Part shown: piece by piece, positions 1 through 9,189 of the stretch
How the letters are laid out: the number at the start of each line of letters is the position of its first letter
Numbering within the stretch: position 1 is the stretch's first letter
DNA from: an uncultured Candidatus Saccharibacteria bacterium
GTDB taxonomy: Bacteria; Patescibacteriota; Minisyncoccia; Phycocordibacterales; UBA918
NCBI GenBank assembly: GCA_964626635.1
Contig: CAZVFY010000002.1
Location: forward strand, 72,415 to 136,414
Length of the DNA stretch: 64,000 nucleotides
Direction of reading: 5' to 3'
Notes under the pieces: model-generated
Told to the model about the DNA's origin: nothing
Databases searched by the model: none
Seen by the model: only the letters and a program-made list of their open reading frames with translations
Made by a program: the position numbers and the translations under genes

Positions 1-2
1 TA

Positions 3-203
3 ACGCTTGCATTTGTAGAATCAGCGGCAACCGGCGACATCAAAGAAGAGACATTCGTGATCAGTGATCAGGAATTACAAGAGTTTGAGGTCGAACTACG
101 TGCGGCAGTTGCACAGATGCTGTCGGGGGAATGGGCCGAGACACCATGCACCGAAGCGGATTGCGAGTACTGGTATCTACTGCAACCTATTACTGAGTCG
201 TAG
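3..203 (+). CDS. 3' end of a gene truncated by the window edge, possibly a UvrD-type helicase with C-terminal PD-(D/E)XK nuclease domain
   Basis: Open frame 3-203 read by hand (TLAFVESAATGDIKEETFVISDQELQEFEVELRAAV...TPCTEADCEYWYLLQPITES*), ending in a Cys-containing tail like PD-(D/E)XK domain C-termini. Only 66 aa visible. Confidence 0.45.
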   Translation, partial: TLAFVESAATGDIKEETFVISDQELQEFEVELRAAVAQMLSGEWAETPCTEADCEYWYLLQPITES

Positions 204-969
204 CGGGTGCCGGAGCCGTGTTGTCAGTTGCGCTTTGCCCGTCGAGCTGCGCGAGGATAAGATCAATCACGTTTTTTACAAAGGTGTATGATTCGGCACC
301 GGTGATCACGGCCTGGTCGCTCCCAGCCATCACTACTGTGTATGGCGTACCAGCGCCAGCGCCGGCGTTAAGTCCATCTTGCATATCGGCTTTCAGTCTG
401 TCCATCATCCGATCACTGTCCATGCAGGACTGATAGTCGACTGCGTTCACACCAGATTCTTCGGCAAAAGACCGCAGGCGAGTCACGTTAGTCGGCTCGA
501 TGTCGACGCGACTCTCGAACACGGCGTCAGAAAAATCCCAAAACGCCTCATTGCCGCCAATATCACCAACACAGAGCGCCGCCTCCGAGATTAGCGTGGC
601 ATTGGGGTGTACGTCAACTAGTGGGAATTGGCGATACACCCAGGCGACGCGTCCGGTCACGCCGTACTCGTCCATAATCTGGTGCATGGTATTGTGAAAA
701 CGCTTACAGTACGGACAGTCGTAGTCAGAGTATTCGATCAGCACCACCGGTGCATTAGGGTTACCAACGATGTAGTCGTCGGCGCTAACTGGCCGCACAG
801 AACTGAGGGGGTCAGCGCCGCTGACTTGGGACTCGTCAGTCAAATTTGGTGAGGCGTCTCGCGGTCCACTGGTCACAAAAATAGCGGCTGCCACGAGCGC
901 AAACCCGACAACTATTGCAATCGGCACTAGCGGCGAGGGGCCTTTTTCTGGCGTTTGGTATGGATCCAT
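190..969 (-). CDS. DsbA-family thioredoxin-fold protein, membrane anchored
   Basis: N-terminal TM segment, EYSDYDCPYC active site, RQFPL, GTP cis-Pro motif. Confidence 0.9.
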   Translation of the reverse strand: MDPYQTPEKGPSPLVPIAIVVGFALVAAAIFVTSGPRDASPNLTDESQVSGADPLSSVRPVSADDYIVGNPNAPVVLIEYSDYDCPYCKRFHNTMHQIMDEYGVTGRVAWVYRQFPLVDVHPNATLISEAALCVGDIGGNEAFWDFSDAVFESRVDIEPTNVTRLRSFAEESGVNAVDYQSCMDSDRMMDRLKADMQDGLNAGAGAGTPYTVVMAGSDQAVITGAESYTFVKNVIDLILAQLDGQSATDNTAPAPATTQ

Positions 970-1033
970 ACAATTTAATTATCCTACAATTACGTATGCA
1001 GTATACCATGCAGACGTGCTACACTCGTTTACA

Positions 1034-1843
1034 ATGAGTGTAGTCGAAGCAATAGTCCTTGGTCTCGTGCAAGGCATCACCGAGTTTTTACCTATCTCGT
1101 CGACCGGCCACTTGGTGTTGGCACGCGAATGGCTACAGATTGACGGAGTCAACGCGCTGGCGATTGATGCGGTGCTGCACTTTGCAACGTGTGCCGCAGT
1201 CATTATTTATTTTAGGCGGGATTTGTGGGTACTGCTGCAGGCCCTATTACGTAAGCTGGGGCGGTTGCCGGTTGATCCCAAGCCACTACGACTGCTCAGC
1301 GCGCTCGCGGTCGGTACTGTACCCGCCGTGGTGGCCGGGCTGTTGCTACAATCGACCGTCGAGACCTACACGCAATCGGCATTGTTTGTGGCTGGGGTGT
1401 TGTTTGTAGCGTCGATATTTTTCTTGTTTGCCGAGTGGCGCTACATGCTGAATCCGCCACGCGGCTCTATCACCGTTAAGCGCGGATTACTGGTCGGGGC
1501 ATTCCAAGTGTTGGCGCTATTGCCGGGTATGTCACGCTCGGGAGTGACGATTGCGGGCGGGATGTTGCTGGGGCTGAAACGGGATGAGGCAACGCGGTTT
1601 TCGTTCCTACTGGCCATACCAATTACATTTGGGGTGGGACTGAAACTAATGATTGATTTGCTAGCTGAGGGTGGTGAAGTAGAGTGGCTACCGATCTATT
1701 ATGCGGCTGGGGTCGCGTTTGTAACAGCGCTGTTGGTGATCCATTTATTTTTACAGTTCATTCGTCGCCACACGCTCTGGCCGTTCGTGTGGTATGGGAT
1801 TATTTTGTCTAGTCTGGTAGCGTACTCCGCGTTTATTGCATAG
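1034..1843 (+). CDS. uppP: Undecaprenyl-diphosphatase
   Basis: GLVQGITEFLPISSTGH and PGMSRSG motifs; ATG at 1034 preferred to GTG at 1016. Confidence 0.95.
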   Translation: MSVVEAIVLGLVQGITEFLPISSTGHLVLAREWLQIDGVNALAIDAVLHFATCAAVIIYFRRDLWVLLQALLRKLGRLPVDPKPLRLLSALAVGTVPAVVAGLLLQSTVETYTQSALFVAGVLFVASIFFLFAEWRYMLNPPRGSITVKRGLLVGAFQVLALLPGMSRSGVTIAGGMLLGLKRDEATRFSFLLAIPITFGVGLKLMIDLLAEGGEVEWLPIYYAAGVAFVTALLVIHLFLQFIRRHTLWPFVWYGIILSSLVAYSAFIA

Positions 1844-1893
1844 TAAATAACACACTTTGCACGCAGCTACGTGCTATAAATCTCGCTTTAAGA

Positions 1894-2469
1894 CTAGAAC
1901 AACAAACTATGTGTCATGGCGGCGTCTTCGCGGACTTCCCAGTGGGCAGTATCGAGCGGGATCTCGCGTTTGCGGTGGCCGTCTTTAAATTTTACAAAAC
2001 CGTTCTGACGGGCAAACTCGAATACTTCTTTAGTGACTTTGACGTCTTGCTCGCAGTACTTTTTAATGTCTTTGATATTGCCTTCTCGCCACCAGCGAAC
2101 TGCCTGCAGGCCGTCGGCAGACTTTTTGGCGCCAACTGTTGCCTGTGCGACACTGTCGAGTCGCAGACGCCGCCCGAGCGAAGCTTTAATATCTTCTAGT
2201 AGGTCAATGCTTTTGATCTGCGTCAGGTCGCCTGGGTAGTACTTATCGAGGAGTGGAATATCAAAATGGTTGCTGTTGTACCCGACCAGTGCATCGGCCG
2301 CCTCGATGATCGGCCAGAGCGTGTCAATTTCGTCGATTGTGACGGTGGTGTACGTGTCAGTTTTGGAGTCGTACACAGTTGCGACCGAAATATCCAAATC
2401 AGCCGGATTAGAGGAACCGACTTCCTGGAAAATGTTCTGGGTTTCGAGGTCAAAAACGATGTAGCGCAT
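1894..2469 (-). CDS. RNase H-like / DEDD 3'-5' exonuclease domain protein (YprB-like)
   Basis: VFDLET, GYNSNHFDIP, YCEQDV motifs; start set at MRYIVFD. Confidence 0.85.
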   Translation of the reverse strand: MRYIVFDLETQNIFQEVGSSNPADLDISVATVYDSKTDTYTTVTIDEIDTLWPIIEAADALVGYNSNHFDIPLLDKYYPGDLTQIKSIDLLEDIKASLGRRLRLDSVAQATVGAKKSADGLQAVRWWREGNIKDIKKYCEQDVKVTKEVFEFARQNGFVKFKDGHRKREIPLDTAHWEVREDAAMTHSLLF

Positions 2470-2470
2470 A

Positions 2471-3757
2471 TTATGACAGTGTAGCAGAGTAATGCTGAGC
2501 AATTTTTTCAATTGGCCAGCGCTCTATGAAATTAGGTTTGCTGGTGTTCAAACTAAATTGGAATGTGTTGGTGGCCATTGCTTCCTCGTCAACTTTAAAA
2601 AATGTCAAGACGACAGGGTCCTTTAGTGCCGCATTCAGCTTTTTATCAATGGCACGCGCTGAGGTGTCTGTAACGCAATTTAGTCCGTGCGCACGAAACG
2701 CCTCTGCTATCCGCAGGGTTGCGAGGTTGTATGCTGGTGCTTCAGAAATAAGCTTGAGGACTTTAGGTTTCATGATGTTACCTAGTAAATTATGTGTCTT
2801 GAGAAAATCAAGCATCGTCACATCACCCAGCCCAAACCCAATGCCGCTCACTGGCTCGCCGCCGAAGAGTCCGGTCAGGTTGTCGTAGCGGCCGCCACCC
2901 AGCAATGACCGACGGTTATCACGGTGGGTGTCTTTAATTTCAAATATTGTACCGGTGTAGTAATCAAACCCACGAGCCAGCGACCGATCCAGTCGGACAT
3001 TGTTAATTCCCAGTTCACGCAATAAGGAAACGACTTGTGAGTCACCAGGGTCGCTCGTCTCGATCATGCTCTTGATATCATGCGCCAGTCGTTCGTCTTT
3101 CACTAACTCTTGCAGGGCTGCCAAGTAGTCGCTGTCGCTAATCTTTTCTTTGCGATCATTGAGGCGGGTGATGGCGGTGACGGTGTTAGCGTCCAAGATC
3201 CCAAGCGCCGCGTACGCGTGATTCATCGTCGCGCGGTTATTGACGAGGATCTCGAACATGTCGTCAGTCGCACCGAACGTCGTAAAAATTTGATGCGCGA
3301 GCTGGATCATCTCGACGTCCTGCATGATGTCAGATGGGCCAAAAATATCACAATTTAATTGCCAGTGTTCGCGCAACCGTCCGCGCTGCGCGCGCTCGTA
3401 CCGAAACAGATTTGGGATCGAGTACCACCGCAGCGGAAACGCCAACTCACGTCGTCGCGCAGCGACCATGCGTGCGACTGTTGGTGTCATTTCGGGGCGT
3501 AATGTGACAGAGCGATCACCGCGGTCAGTGAAGGTGTACGTTTGCTCATTAGCCAGCTCGGCGTTCTCGGCGCCTTTGGCGGTGTAGAGTGCCGATGGTT
3601 CAAGGACGCTGGCGTCATAGCGTACAAATCCAAATTGCTCGGCCGCCTGGGCCCAGGTGTCGAAGATGTACTGCTGCACCGCAAAATCTGCCGGATAAAA
3701 ATCACGGACGCCTTTGTAGGGGTTGGTTGAAAGTGGTTCAGATGACAGGTCGCTCAT
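2471..3757 (-). CDS. hisS: Histidine--tRNA ligase
   Basis: KGVRDF, LRPEMT, FRYERAQRGRLREHWQ, RGFDYYTG, GGRYD. Confidence 0.97.
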   Translation of the reverse strand: MSDLSSEPLSTNPYKGVRDFYPADFAVQQYIFDTWAQAAEQFGFVRYDASVLEPSALYTAKGAENAELANEQTYTFTDRGDRSVTLRPEMTPTVARMVAARRRELAFPLRWYSIPNLFRYERAQRGRLREHWQLNCDIFGPSDIMQDVEMIQLAHQIFTTFGATDDMFEILVNNRATMNHAYAALGILDANTVTAITRLNDRKEKISDSDYLAALQELVKDERLAHDIKSMIETSDPGDSQVVSLLRELGINNVRLDRSLARGFDYYTGTIFEIKDTHRDNRRSLLGGGRYDNLTGLFGGEPVSGIGFGLGDVTMLDFLKTHNLLGNIMKPKVLKLISEAPAYNLATLRIAEAFRAHGLNCVTDTSARAIDKKLNAALKDPVVLTFFKVDEEAMATNTFQFSLNTSKPNFIERWPIEKIAQHYSATLS

Positions 3758-3795
3758 ATCAAAGATTGTACGGCACTAACTACTAAAATAAAAGC

Positions 3796-3857
3796 TGACA
3801 TTGACAATATAACACATTAATGTCAAAGTGAAATTAACTTACACCAGTGAAAGGAGG
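3796..3857. promoter_or_regulatory. Divergent promoter region with inverted repeat and strong Shine-Dalgarno
   Basis: TGACATT (3796-3802) / AATGTCA (3819-3825) inverted repeat; TTGACA on + (3801-3806) and on - (3821-3826); AAGGAGG at 3851-3857. Confidence 0.55.
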
Positions 3858-3862
3858 TTGTA

Positions 3863-4483
3863 ATGTTGGACCGAGTAAGGACGCTCTTTGAAACGCACAC
3901 GGACCGCGCGGCCTTCTTTGCCCCAATTGGGAGATCGTTCCCACCAGGAGGGAGAGAGTACGAGCTGATCGAAAAGGCATATAATATCGCCAAAGACGCG
4001 TTCCGTCAGGAATCGCGTGAGGGCGGCGAACGCTACTTCGAGCATCTGCGAGCAGTTGCCCTAGTGGTAATGCAGCATCTGCGCATCAAAGATGCCCCAA
4101 TGATCGCGGCTGCACTCTTGCATGACCTAGTAGAAGACGTCTACGAGTGGACGCATGACCGTGTCCGGCTCGAGTTTGGTGATGAGGTCGCAGAACTCGT
4201 TTGGTGGGTCACCAAACCGCATGTCAATGAATACGATGGCGATAAGGAAGCTCGCAATCGTGTGTACCACGAGAATCTACGGCGGGCACCGCGCAACGCA
4301 ATCGTGATCAAACTTGCCGATCGGCTCCATAACGTCATGACGCTCGGATCCACACCGGACGCCAAGCAAGTGCGCAAAGTCCGCGAGACGCAGGACTTCT
4401 ATCTCCCGTTAGCAGAGTGCCACACTCTGTTAATCCATGAGATTGAAGACGCATTGCGATTGGTAATGCCAGCAGTGAGATGA
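3863..4483 (+). CDS. Stand-alone RelA/SpoT HD-domain hydrolase (small alarmone hydrolase-like)
   Basis: R.GGERYFEH, AALLHDLVED, IKLADRLHN; no synthetase domain. Confidence 0.85.
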   Translation: MLDRVRTLFETHTDRAAFFAPIGRSFPPGGREYELIEKAYNIAKDAFRQESREGGERYFEHLRAVALVVMQHLRIKDAPMIAAALLHDLVEDVYEWTHDRVRLEFGDEVAELVWWVTKPHVNEYDGDKEARNRVYHENLRRAPRNAIVIKLADRLHNVMTLGSTPDAKQVRKVRETQDFYLPLAECHTLLIHEIEDALRLVMPAVR

Positions 4484-4493
4484 GCCGTATAAG

Positions 4494-4523
4494 AAGCCGG
4501 CGACGTACACACGTCGCCGGCTT
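4494..4523. terminator. Intrinsic terminator hairpin between convergent genes
   Basis: AAGCCGGCGACGT-acac-ACGTCGCCGGCTT perfect 13-bp stem. Confidence 0.75.
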
Positions 4524-4560
4524 TATCATTCCGTCACTTACGACTAAGGTCCGTTGCCAA

Positions 4561-5154
4561 CTACATGTCAAAACGCTCACTGTCACGGCCGAGTGGGGTA
4601 GTGTCGGACATACTATCTAATTCGCGCAAGCGAATGTCCATGGCTTTTTGGATGGTGGCTTGGAGGCCTTTGGGGTCAGGCAGGCCGCTGCTGACAAAAT
4701 TGCTGGCGTGGGCACCGGCAGTCTGCGCCTTAAGGGTACCAAAATTGAGGAGGGTAGCAATCAGGCCGCTAACCCGGAATTGAATGTCTTGCATCCGCTC
4801 GAGCCGAAAAATACTTACATTGCGATTGAAAAATGAAATTTGGTCAACCACGATAATTCTTCGATCAGTGATAATCCATAAGTCTAAATAATAATGTGTC
4901 CACACCGCAAAAGTAGCCAGCGTTACTAAAAACGTAAATGCCAGCGACCCAAAAATAAACGCACCCAAGAATGCCGATAGATCAATGGTAGTGGTGGTCA
5001 GGCTAGTGAACGCAATGTATCCCACAAATCCGAGTAAGGGCAGCAATAGTAAAAACCCCATCGCTAGCAACTCGATGGTAATCACAAACCAGTGCTTGCG
5101 GACAGTTTTAAGGATCTCCTCGCCTGGCTCTAGTTCAATTTTGTCGAGTAACAT
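4561..5154 (-). CDS. Membrane protein with bacterial PH domain
   Basis: Two TM helices, then WIITDRRII...ERMQDI...LNFGTLKAQTAG. Confidence 0.75.
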   Translation of the reverse strand: MLLDKIELEPGEEILKTVRKHWFVITIELLAMGFLLLLPLLGFVGYIAFTSLTTTTIDLSAFLGAFIFGSLAFTFLVTLATFAVWTHYYLDLWIITDRRIIVVDQISFFNRNVSIFRLERMQDIQFRVSGLIATLLNFGTLKAQTAGAHASNFVSSGLPDPKGLQATIQKAMDIRLRELDSMSDTTPLGRDSERFDM

Positions 5155-5164
5155 ATTATTAAGG

Positions 5165-5362
5165 CTATAGACTAATTAGCACACTCAGACCCATCAGTAA
5201 CAGCAGGGGTAGGGTGGTCGCTGCATAAGTGATGTAGGTCCGACGAGTAACAGTTGTGTTCATGCTGTACTCGCGCCAGTGATAGTGCAAAATATAGCTG
5301 TACACAATATAAATTGCGAGCAGTACAAGAAAGATAAGTCCGAGCAGTGATCCAGTAGTCAT
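5165..5362 (-). CDS. Small two-TM hypothetical protein
   Basis: 65-aa hydrophobic ORF packed between prmC and the PH-domain gene. Confidence 0.65.
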   Translation of the reverse strand: MTTGSLLGLIFLVLLAIYIVYSYILHYHWREYSMNTTVTRRTYITYAATTLPLLLLMGLSVLISL

Positions 5363-5374
5363 GGTTCTATTCTA

Positions 5375-6226
5375 TCACCCTTGAATCAGTACACTGTAGC
5401 GGGTGCGGCCATACTGGTCCCGCTCGTTTGTGACAGCAAAGCCATGCTCACTCCCTAGTGCTGTGATAGCTGCGGCTTGTTCTGGTTCGTGCTCGATCCA
5501 GAGTTGACCGCGTAGGGTGAGGTGGTGGGGCGCGGCGGCGATAATACTATTGATTAATTCGACGCCGCCGCGCCCGCCGTACAGTGCTAGGTGCGGCTCA
5601 TAGGTTTTGACTGATTGCTCGGCTCGGTCAACGGCCGGGTCTATGTACGGGGGATTGGTCAGTATAAAATCGTATGTAGTGTCGCTCGGCAAGTTTGCGA
5701 ACAGGTCTGATTCAAATACTCGACAGCGTTCCGATTCCTCAACATTTGCGTCAATATTTTTTTGGATGGTCGACAAGAGGCGCGGATCGATTTCTGCGAA
5801 ATCAACCCGCGCCTCCGCCACGTGCTCGGCAACAGCTACCCCGATACAGCCGCTACCAGCACAGAGGTCGAGCACTTGCGGGGTGTTCGCTGATAGAAGG
5901 CGCTCCTTTTCCGCTTGTCCTCGCTCGGAGTATGCTCGCTGTGGACGCTGCAAATGAACGCCTTCTATCTGCTTCTGTATTAGTCCGATCGCTATCTCCA
6001 CCCAATACTCTGTCTCAACTCGGGGAATCAGCGGCTTCGCTACATCGCCAATACTCGTTTCTGCCTGTAGAAATATTTTGCAATTTAAAAATGGCACGTG
6101 CCCGATCACATACCCAAGCGGCTCGCCGGCGTTGAGTCGTGCGCAGTCCGCGCGAAATGCAGCGGACTCGACGCCGTTGTGCTTTTCGTGTAGTAACCAT
6201 CGTTTGCCTTGATCTATACTATTCAC
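5375..6226 (-). CDS. prmC: Release factor glutamine methyltransferase (HemK) with an internal insertion
   Basis: GEPLGYVIG, LIPRVETE, LDLCAGSGCI, NPPY motifs. Confidence 0.92.
   Translation of the reverse strand: MNSIDQGKRWLLHEKHNGVESAAFRADCARLNAGEPLGYVIGHVPFLNCKIFLQAETSIGDVAKPLIPRVETEYWVEIAIGLIQKQIEGVHLQRPQRAYSERGQAEKERLLSANTPQVLDLCAGSGCIGVAVAEHVAEARVDFAEIDPRLLSTIQKNIDANVEESERCRVFESDLFANLPSDTTYDFILTNPPYIDPAVDRAEQSVKTYEPHLALYGGRGGVELINSIIAAAPHHLTLRGQLWIEHEPEQAAAITALGSEHGFAVTNERDQYGRTRYSVLIQG
5892..5969. repeat. 78-bp imperfect palindrome inside the prmC frame
   Basis: GATAGAAGGCG (5892-5902) ... CGCCTTCTATC (5959-5969) perfect 11-bp terminal arms with further internal pairing (GTCC...GGAC). 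Confidence 0.8.
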
Positions 6227-6293
6227 AGTATGTGACAGATTATACTAGTAAATAAATTTGTACAAACCTTCTTAACCCGCGTACAATATCGAC

Positions 6294-7040
6294 ATGAGTG
6301 CACCAATGCTGGAAATCAAACACCTCACCAAAGTCTACGACAAAGGCAAGGAAGCTAAAACCGCCGTTGATGATATCTCGTTAACCGTTAAGCGCGGTGC
6401 CTTTTACGGCTTGCTCGGTGGGAATGGCGCTGGCAAATCAACGACCATTCACTGCATCACCGGCATCGCGCAGCCCACGAGCGGACAGATCCTCGTTGAC
6501 GGGGTTGACGTGGTCGCAGACTACCGCACCGCCCGCACCAAAGTCGGACTCAGTCCACAGGAATTTAACGTCGATATTTTTGCGACACCGTATCAGCTGA
6601 TGGATTATATGGGCGGGTACTACGGCATCAAACAAGCCGAGCGCGAGTCGCGGATCGAAGAGCTGATTAAACGCTTTGACCTGCAGGAGCACCGTGACGT
6701 CAAATTCCAAAAGTTATCAGGCGGGCTCAAGCGGCGTGCGATGCTCGGGCGCGCGCTCATTCATACGCCGGACTTGTTAATCCTCGATGAACCGACCGCG
6801 GGGGTGGATGTCGAGCAACGGCACGACCTGTGGAAATACCTCAAACAAATGAACGAGCGCGGCAAGACTATCATCTTGACCTCGCACTACCTCGAAGAGA
6901 TCCAATACCTCTGCAAAGAAATTGTTATCATTAACCACGGTAAAATCGTAGCCGAAGGTACCAAAGCGGACTTTATGAAGGACGGTAAATCGGTCGAAGA
7001 AACGTATCTAAAAATTACGAGTAAGGATAATCAACAGTAA
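6294..7040 (+). CDS. ABC-2 transporter ATP-binding protein (YadG-like)
   Basis: GGNGAGKS Walker A, LSGG signature, LILDEP, SHY. Confidence 0.95.
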   Translation: MSAPMLEIKHLTKVYDKGKEAKTAVDDISLTVKRGAFYGLLGGNGAGKSTTIHCITGIAQPTSGQILVDGVDVVADYRTARTKVGLSPQEFNVDIFATPYQLMDYMGGYYGIKQAERESRIEELIKRFDLQEHRDVKFQKLSGGLKRRAMLGRALIHTPDLLILDEPTAGVDVEQRHDLWKYLKQMNERGKTIILTSHYLEEIQYLCKEIVIINHGKIVAEGTKADFMKDGKSVEETYLKITSKDNQQ

Positions 7041-7165
7041 AACAGGGATAATGTTTACTGTCAGCTGAAAGCACGAACCAAGTACTATGCTCAGACTTTT
7101 TCAAAAAAGTCTTCCGCAAGTCTTTCTGCCGGCAGCAACCATTAACCGTCACAAAGCATCATATT

Positions 7166-7927
7166 ATGAACACCATTGGACTCATCACTATGTTCCGTCG
7201 CGAAGTACAGCGCACCATGCGCGTGGCGATCCAAACGCTGGTGGCTCCCGTTATTTCGGCCGCTTTATATATTTTTATTTTTGGTACCGTTATTGGGACT
7301 CGGATAGAAGATTTTGCGGGTGTGCCGTACATCGAATTTGTGTTCCCGGGTGTGTTGATGCTATCTATTATCAATGCATCATTTTCTAGTGCCTCAAGTT
7401 CACTGTACTTTATGCGTTTTACCCGTGGTATCGAAGAGATTCTGATTGCTCCGTTTTCGTACCTTGAAATGCTCATTGGGTTTGTCGGGAGCGCAGTGCT
7501 GCGCGCACTTCTAGTGGGGTTTCTAATCCTTGGGGTGGGGGTGTTGTTTGGTGCGGTGTCGCTGGTGAATCCACTGGCTTTTGCTGTGTATACGGCCGCA
7601 ATAGCTGCTATATTTGCAATGCTCGGGATCATCACGGCACTGTGGGCCGAAGGGTTCGAGCAGCTCCAGAGTCTTAATACATTTGTAATTACGCCGCTGA
7701 CGTACCTTGGAGGAATTTTCTACAGTATTACTTTTTTGCCCGATTTGGCCGCGACCATCACTCGCTTTAACCCGTTCTTTTATTTTGCTGACGGCATTCG
7801 CAGTAGCATGATCGGGTATTCCGAAGCCAATACAACGGTTGGTGTGTTGATCATTGGCACGCTTGTGATTGCGCTTGGCACGTTAGTAACCCTGTTGTTC
7901 AAACGGGGGTGGAAAATTAGAGCTTAG
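7166..7927 (+). CDS. ABC-2 transporter permease (YadH-like)
   Basis: Multiple TM segments, PLTYLGGIFYS and NPFFY motifs, downstream of the ATPase. Confidence 0.92.
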   Translation: MNTIGLITMFRREVQRTMRVAIQTLVAPVISAALYIFIFGTVIGTRIEDFAGVPYIEFVFPGVLMLSIINASFSSASSSLYFMRFTRGIEEILIAPFSYLEMLIGFVGSAVLRALLVGFLILGVGVLFGAVSLVNPLAFAVYTAAIAAIFAMLGIITALWAEGFEQLQSLNTFVITPLTYLGGIFYSITFLPDLAATITRFNPFFYFADGIRSSMIGYSEANTTVGVLIIGTLVIALGTLVTLLFKRGWKIRA

Positions 7928-7987
7928 TTGACAAAAATCTAAAATAAGTACATAACTATAATAGTTGGTTCCGCCAAGGAGATGAAA

Positions 7988-8137
7988 ATGACTAACCAGA
8001 ACTATGCCGCAGCGGCTGTTATTGCCGCTATTCTGAACTTGTTAGCGATTGTATTTTTCCCTTCTGAGCGTTGGTTAGTAACAGGAACAGGAGCGGTAAT
8101 GATGTATTTCTTTTTCATGTACATATACAGACTGTAA
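7988..8137 (+). CDS. 49-aa two-TM small protein, absent from the ORF track
   Basis: MTNQNYAAAAVIAAILNLLAIVFFPSERWLVTGTGAVMMYFFFMYIYRL; TTGACA at 7928-7933, AAGGAG at 7976-7981, terminator at 8147-8173. Confidence 0.65.
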   Translation: MTNQNYAAAAVIAAILNLLAIVFFPSERWLVTGTGAVMMYFFFMYIYRL

Positions 8138-8146
8138 GTTGGGGAC

Positions 8147-8173
8147 GGGCGGCGCGGATACGCGCCGCCCTTT
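8147..8173 (+). terminator. Intrinsic terminator
   Basis: GGGCGGCGCG-gata-CGCGCCGCCC-TTT. Confidence 0.75.
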
Positions 8174-8187
8174 GCTATGCTAGTAGT

Positions 8188-9189
8188 ATGAAAAATAATA
8201 GCAAACTATACGAAACCGCTGCGGCCTTGATGGCCAGCGGCAAAGGCATCCTCGCCGCCGACGAATCAGACCCAACCGCCGGTAAGCGCCTAACCCAAGT
8301 CCATTTACCAAACACCCCTGAAAATCGCCAAGACTTTCGGGAAATTCTATTTACCGCGCCGGGGATCGAAGAATTCATTTCTGGCGTCATTATGTATGAC
8401 TCATCAATCCGCAACACGACAGATTCCGGCATTCCGTTCCCGGACGTACTGATCGCCAAAGGTATCATCCCAGGCATCAAGGTAGACCGAGGCGTCCGCG
8501 ATCACGAGGGTTTCCCAGACGAGGTAATCACTCAGGGTCTCGATGATCTCGGTGAGCGCCTGGAGGCGTACTACGGCATGGGCGCTCGGTTTGCGAAATG
8601 GCGCATGGTGGTAAACATCGACGGTGATGAAACACCGACCTACGAGACAGTCAAAATGAACTGCGTCATGATGACGCGCTACGCTCAACTGTGTCAGGCG
8701 GCGGGCATCGTACCGATCGTCGAACCAGAGGTCATTCACGCTGGCGACCACAGTCTCGAGAAAGCCGAACTTGAAACCACTCGGACATTGCAGATCTTGT
8801 TTGCGACGTTGCAGGAATATCGAGTGGATCTTGGCGGGTTGATCCTCAAGTCGTCGATGGTCTTGGCGGGGGACAAATACCGCGAACAAACCACCCCCGA
8901 ACAAGTCGCCCAAGCAACCTTGCGGACATTCCACTTGTCAGTACCACATGACTGTGCCGGGATCGTATTCCTGTCTGGTGGACAAACGCCCGAGCGTTCA
9001 ACTGACAATCTGCGGGCGATTGCTGCCCTTGGTACGCAGCCGTGGCCGATTACATTTTCCTTCTCACGAGCACTCGAAAACCCGGTCCTTGATGCGTGGG
9101 ACGGCAAGCCTGATAATGTCGACGCCGCCAAAGTCGCGATGTACGAGGTGGCCAAGCGCAACGCGGCGGCCAGTCTGGGGCAGGAGTAA
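8188..9189 (+). CDS. Fructose-bisphosphate aldolase class I (eukaryote-like family)
   Basis: GKGILAADES, GIKVD, GARFAKWR, VPIVEPEV, FLSGGQ, TFSFSRAL; start set at ATG 8188. Confidence 0.95.
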   Translation: MKNNSKLYETAAALMASGKGILAADESDPTAGKRLTQVHLPNTPENRQDFREILFTAPGIEEFISGVIMYDSSIRNTTDSGIPFPDVLIAKGIIPGIKVDRGVRDHEGFPDEVITQGLDDLGERLEAYYGMGARFAKWRMVVNIDGDETPTYETVKMNCVMMTRYAQLCQAAGIVPIVEPEVIHAGDHSLEKAELETTRTLQILFATLQEYRVDLGGLILKSSMVLAGDKYREQTTPEQVAQATLRTFHLSVPHDCAGIVFLSGGQTPERSTDNLRAIAALGTQPWPITFSFSRALENPVLDAWDGKPDNVDAAKVAMYEVAKRNAAASLGQE

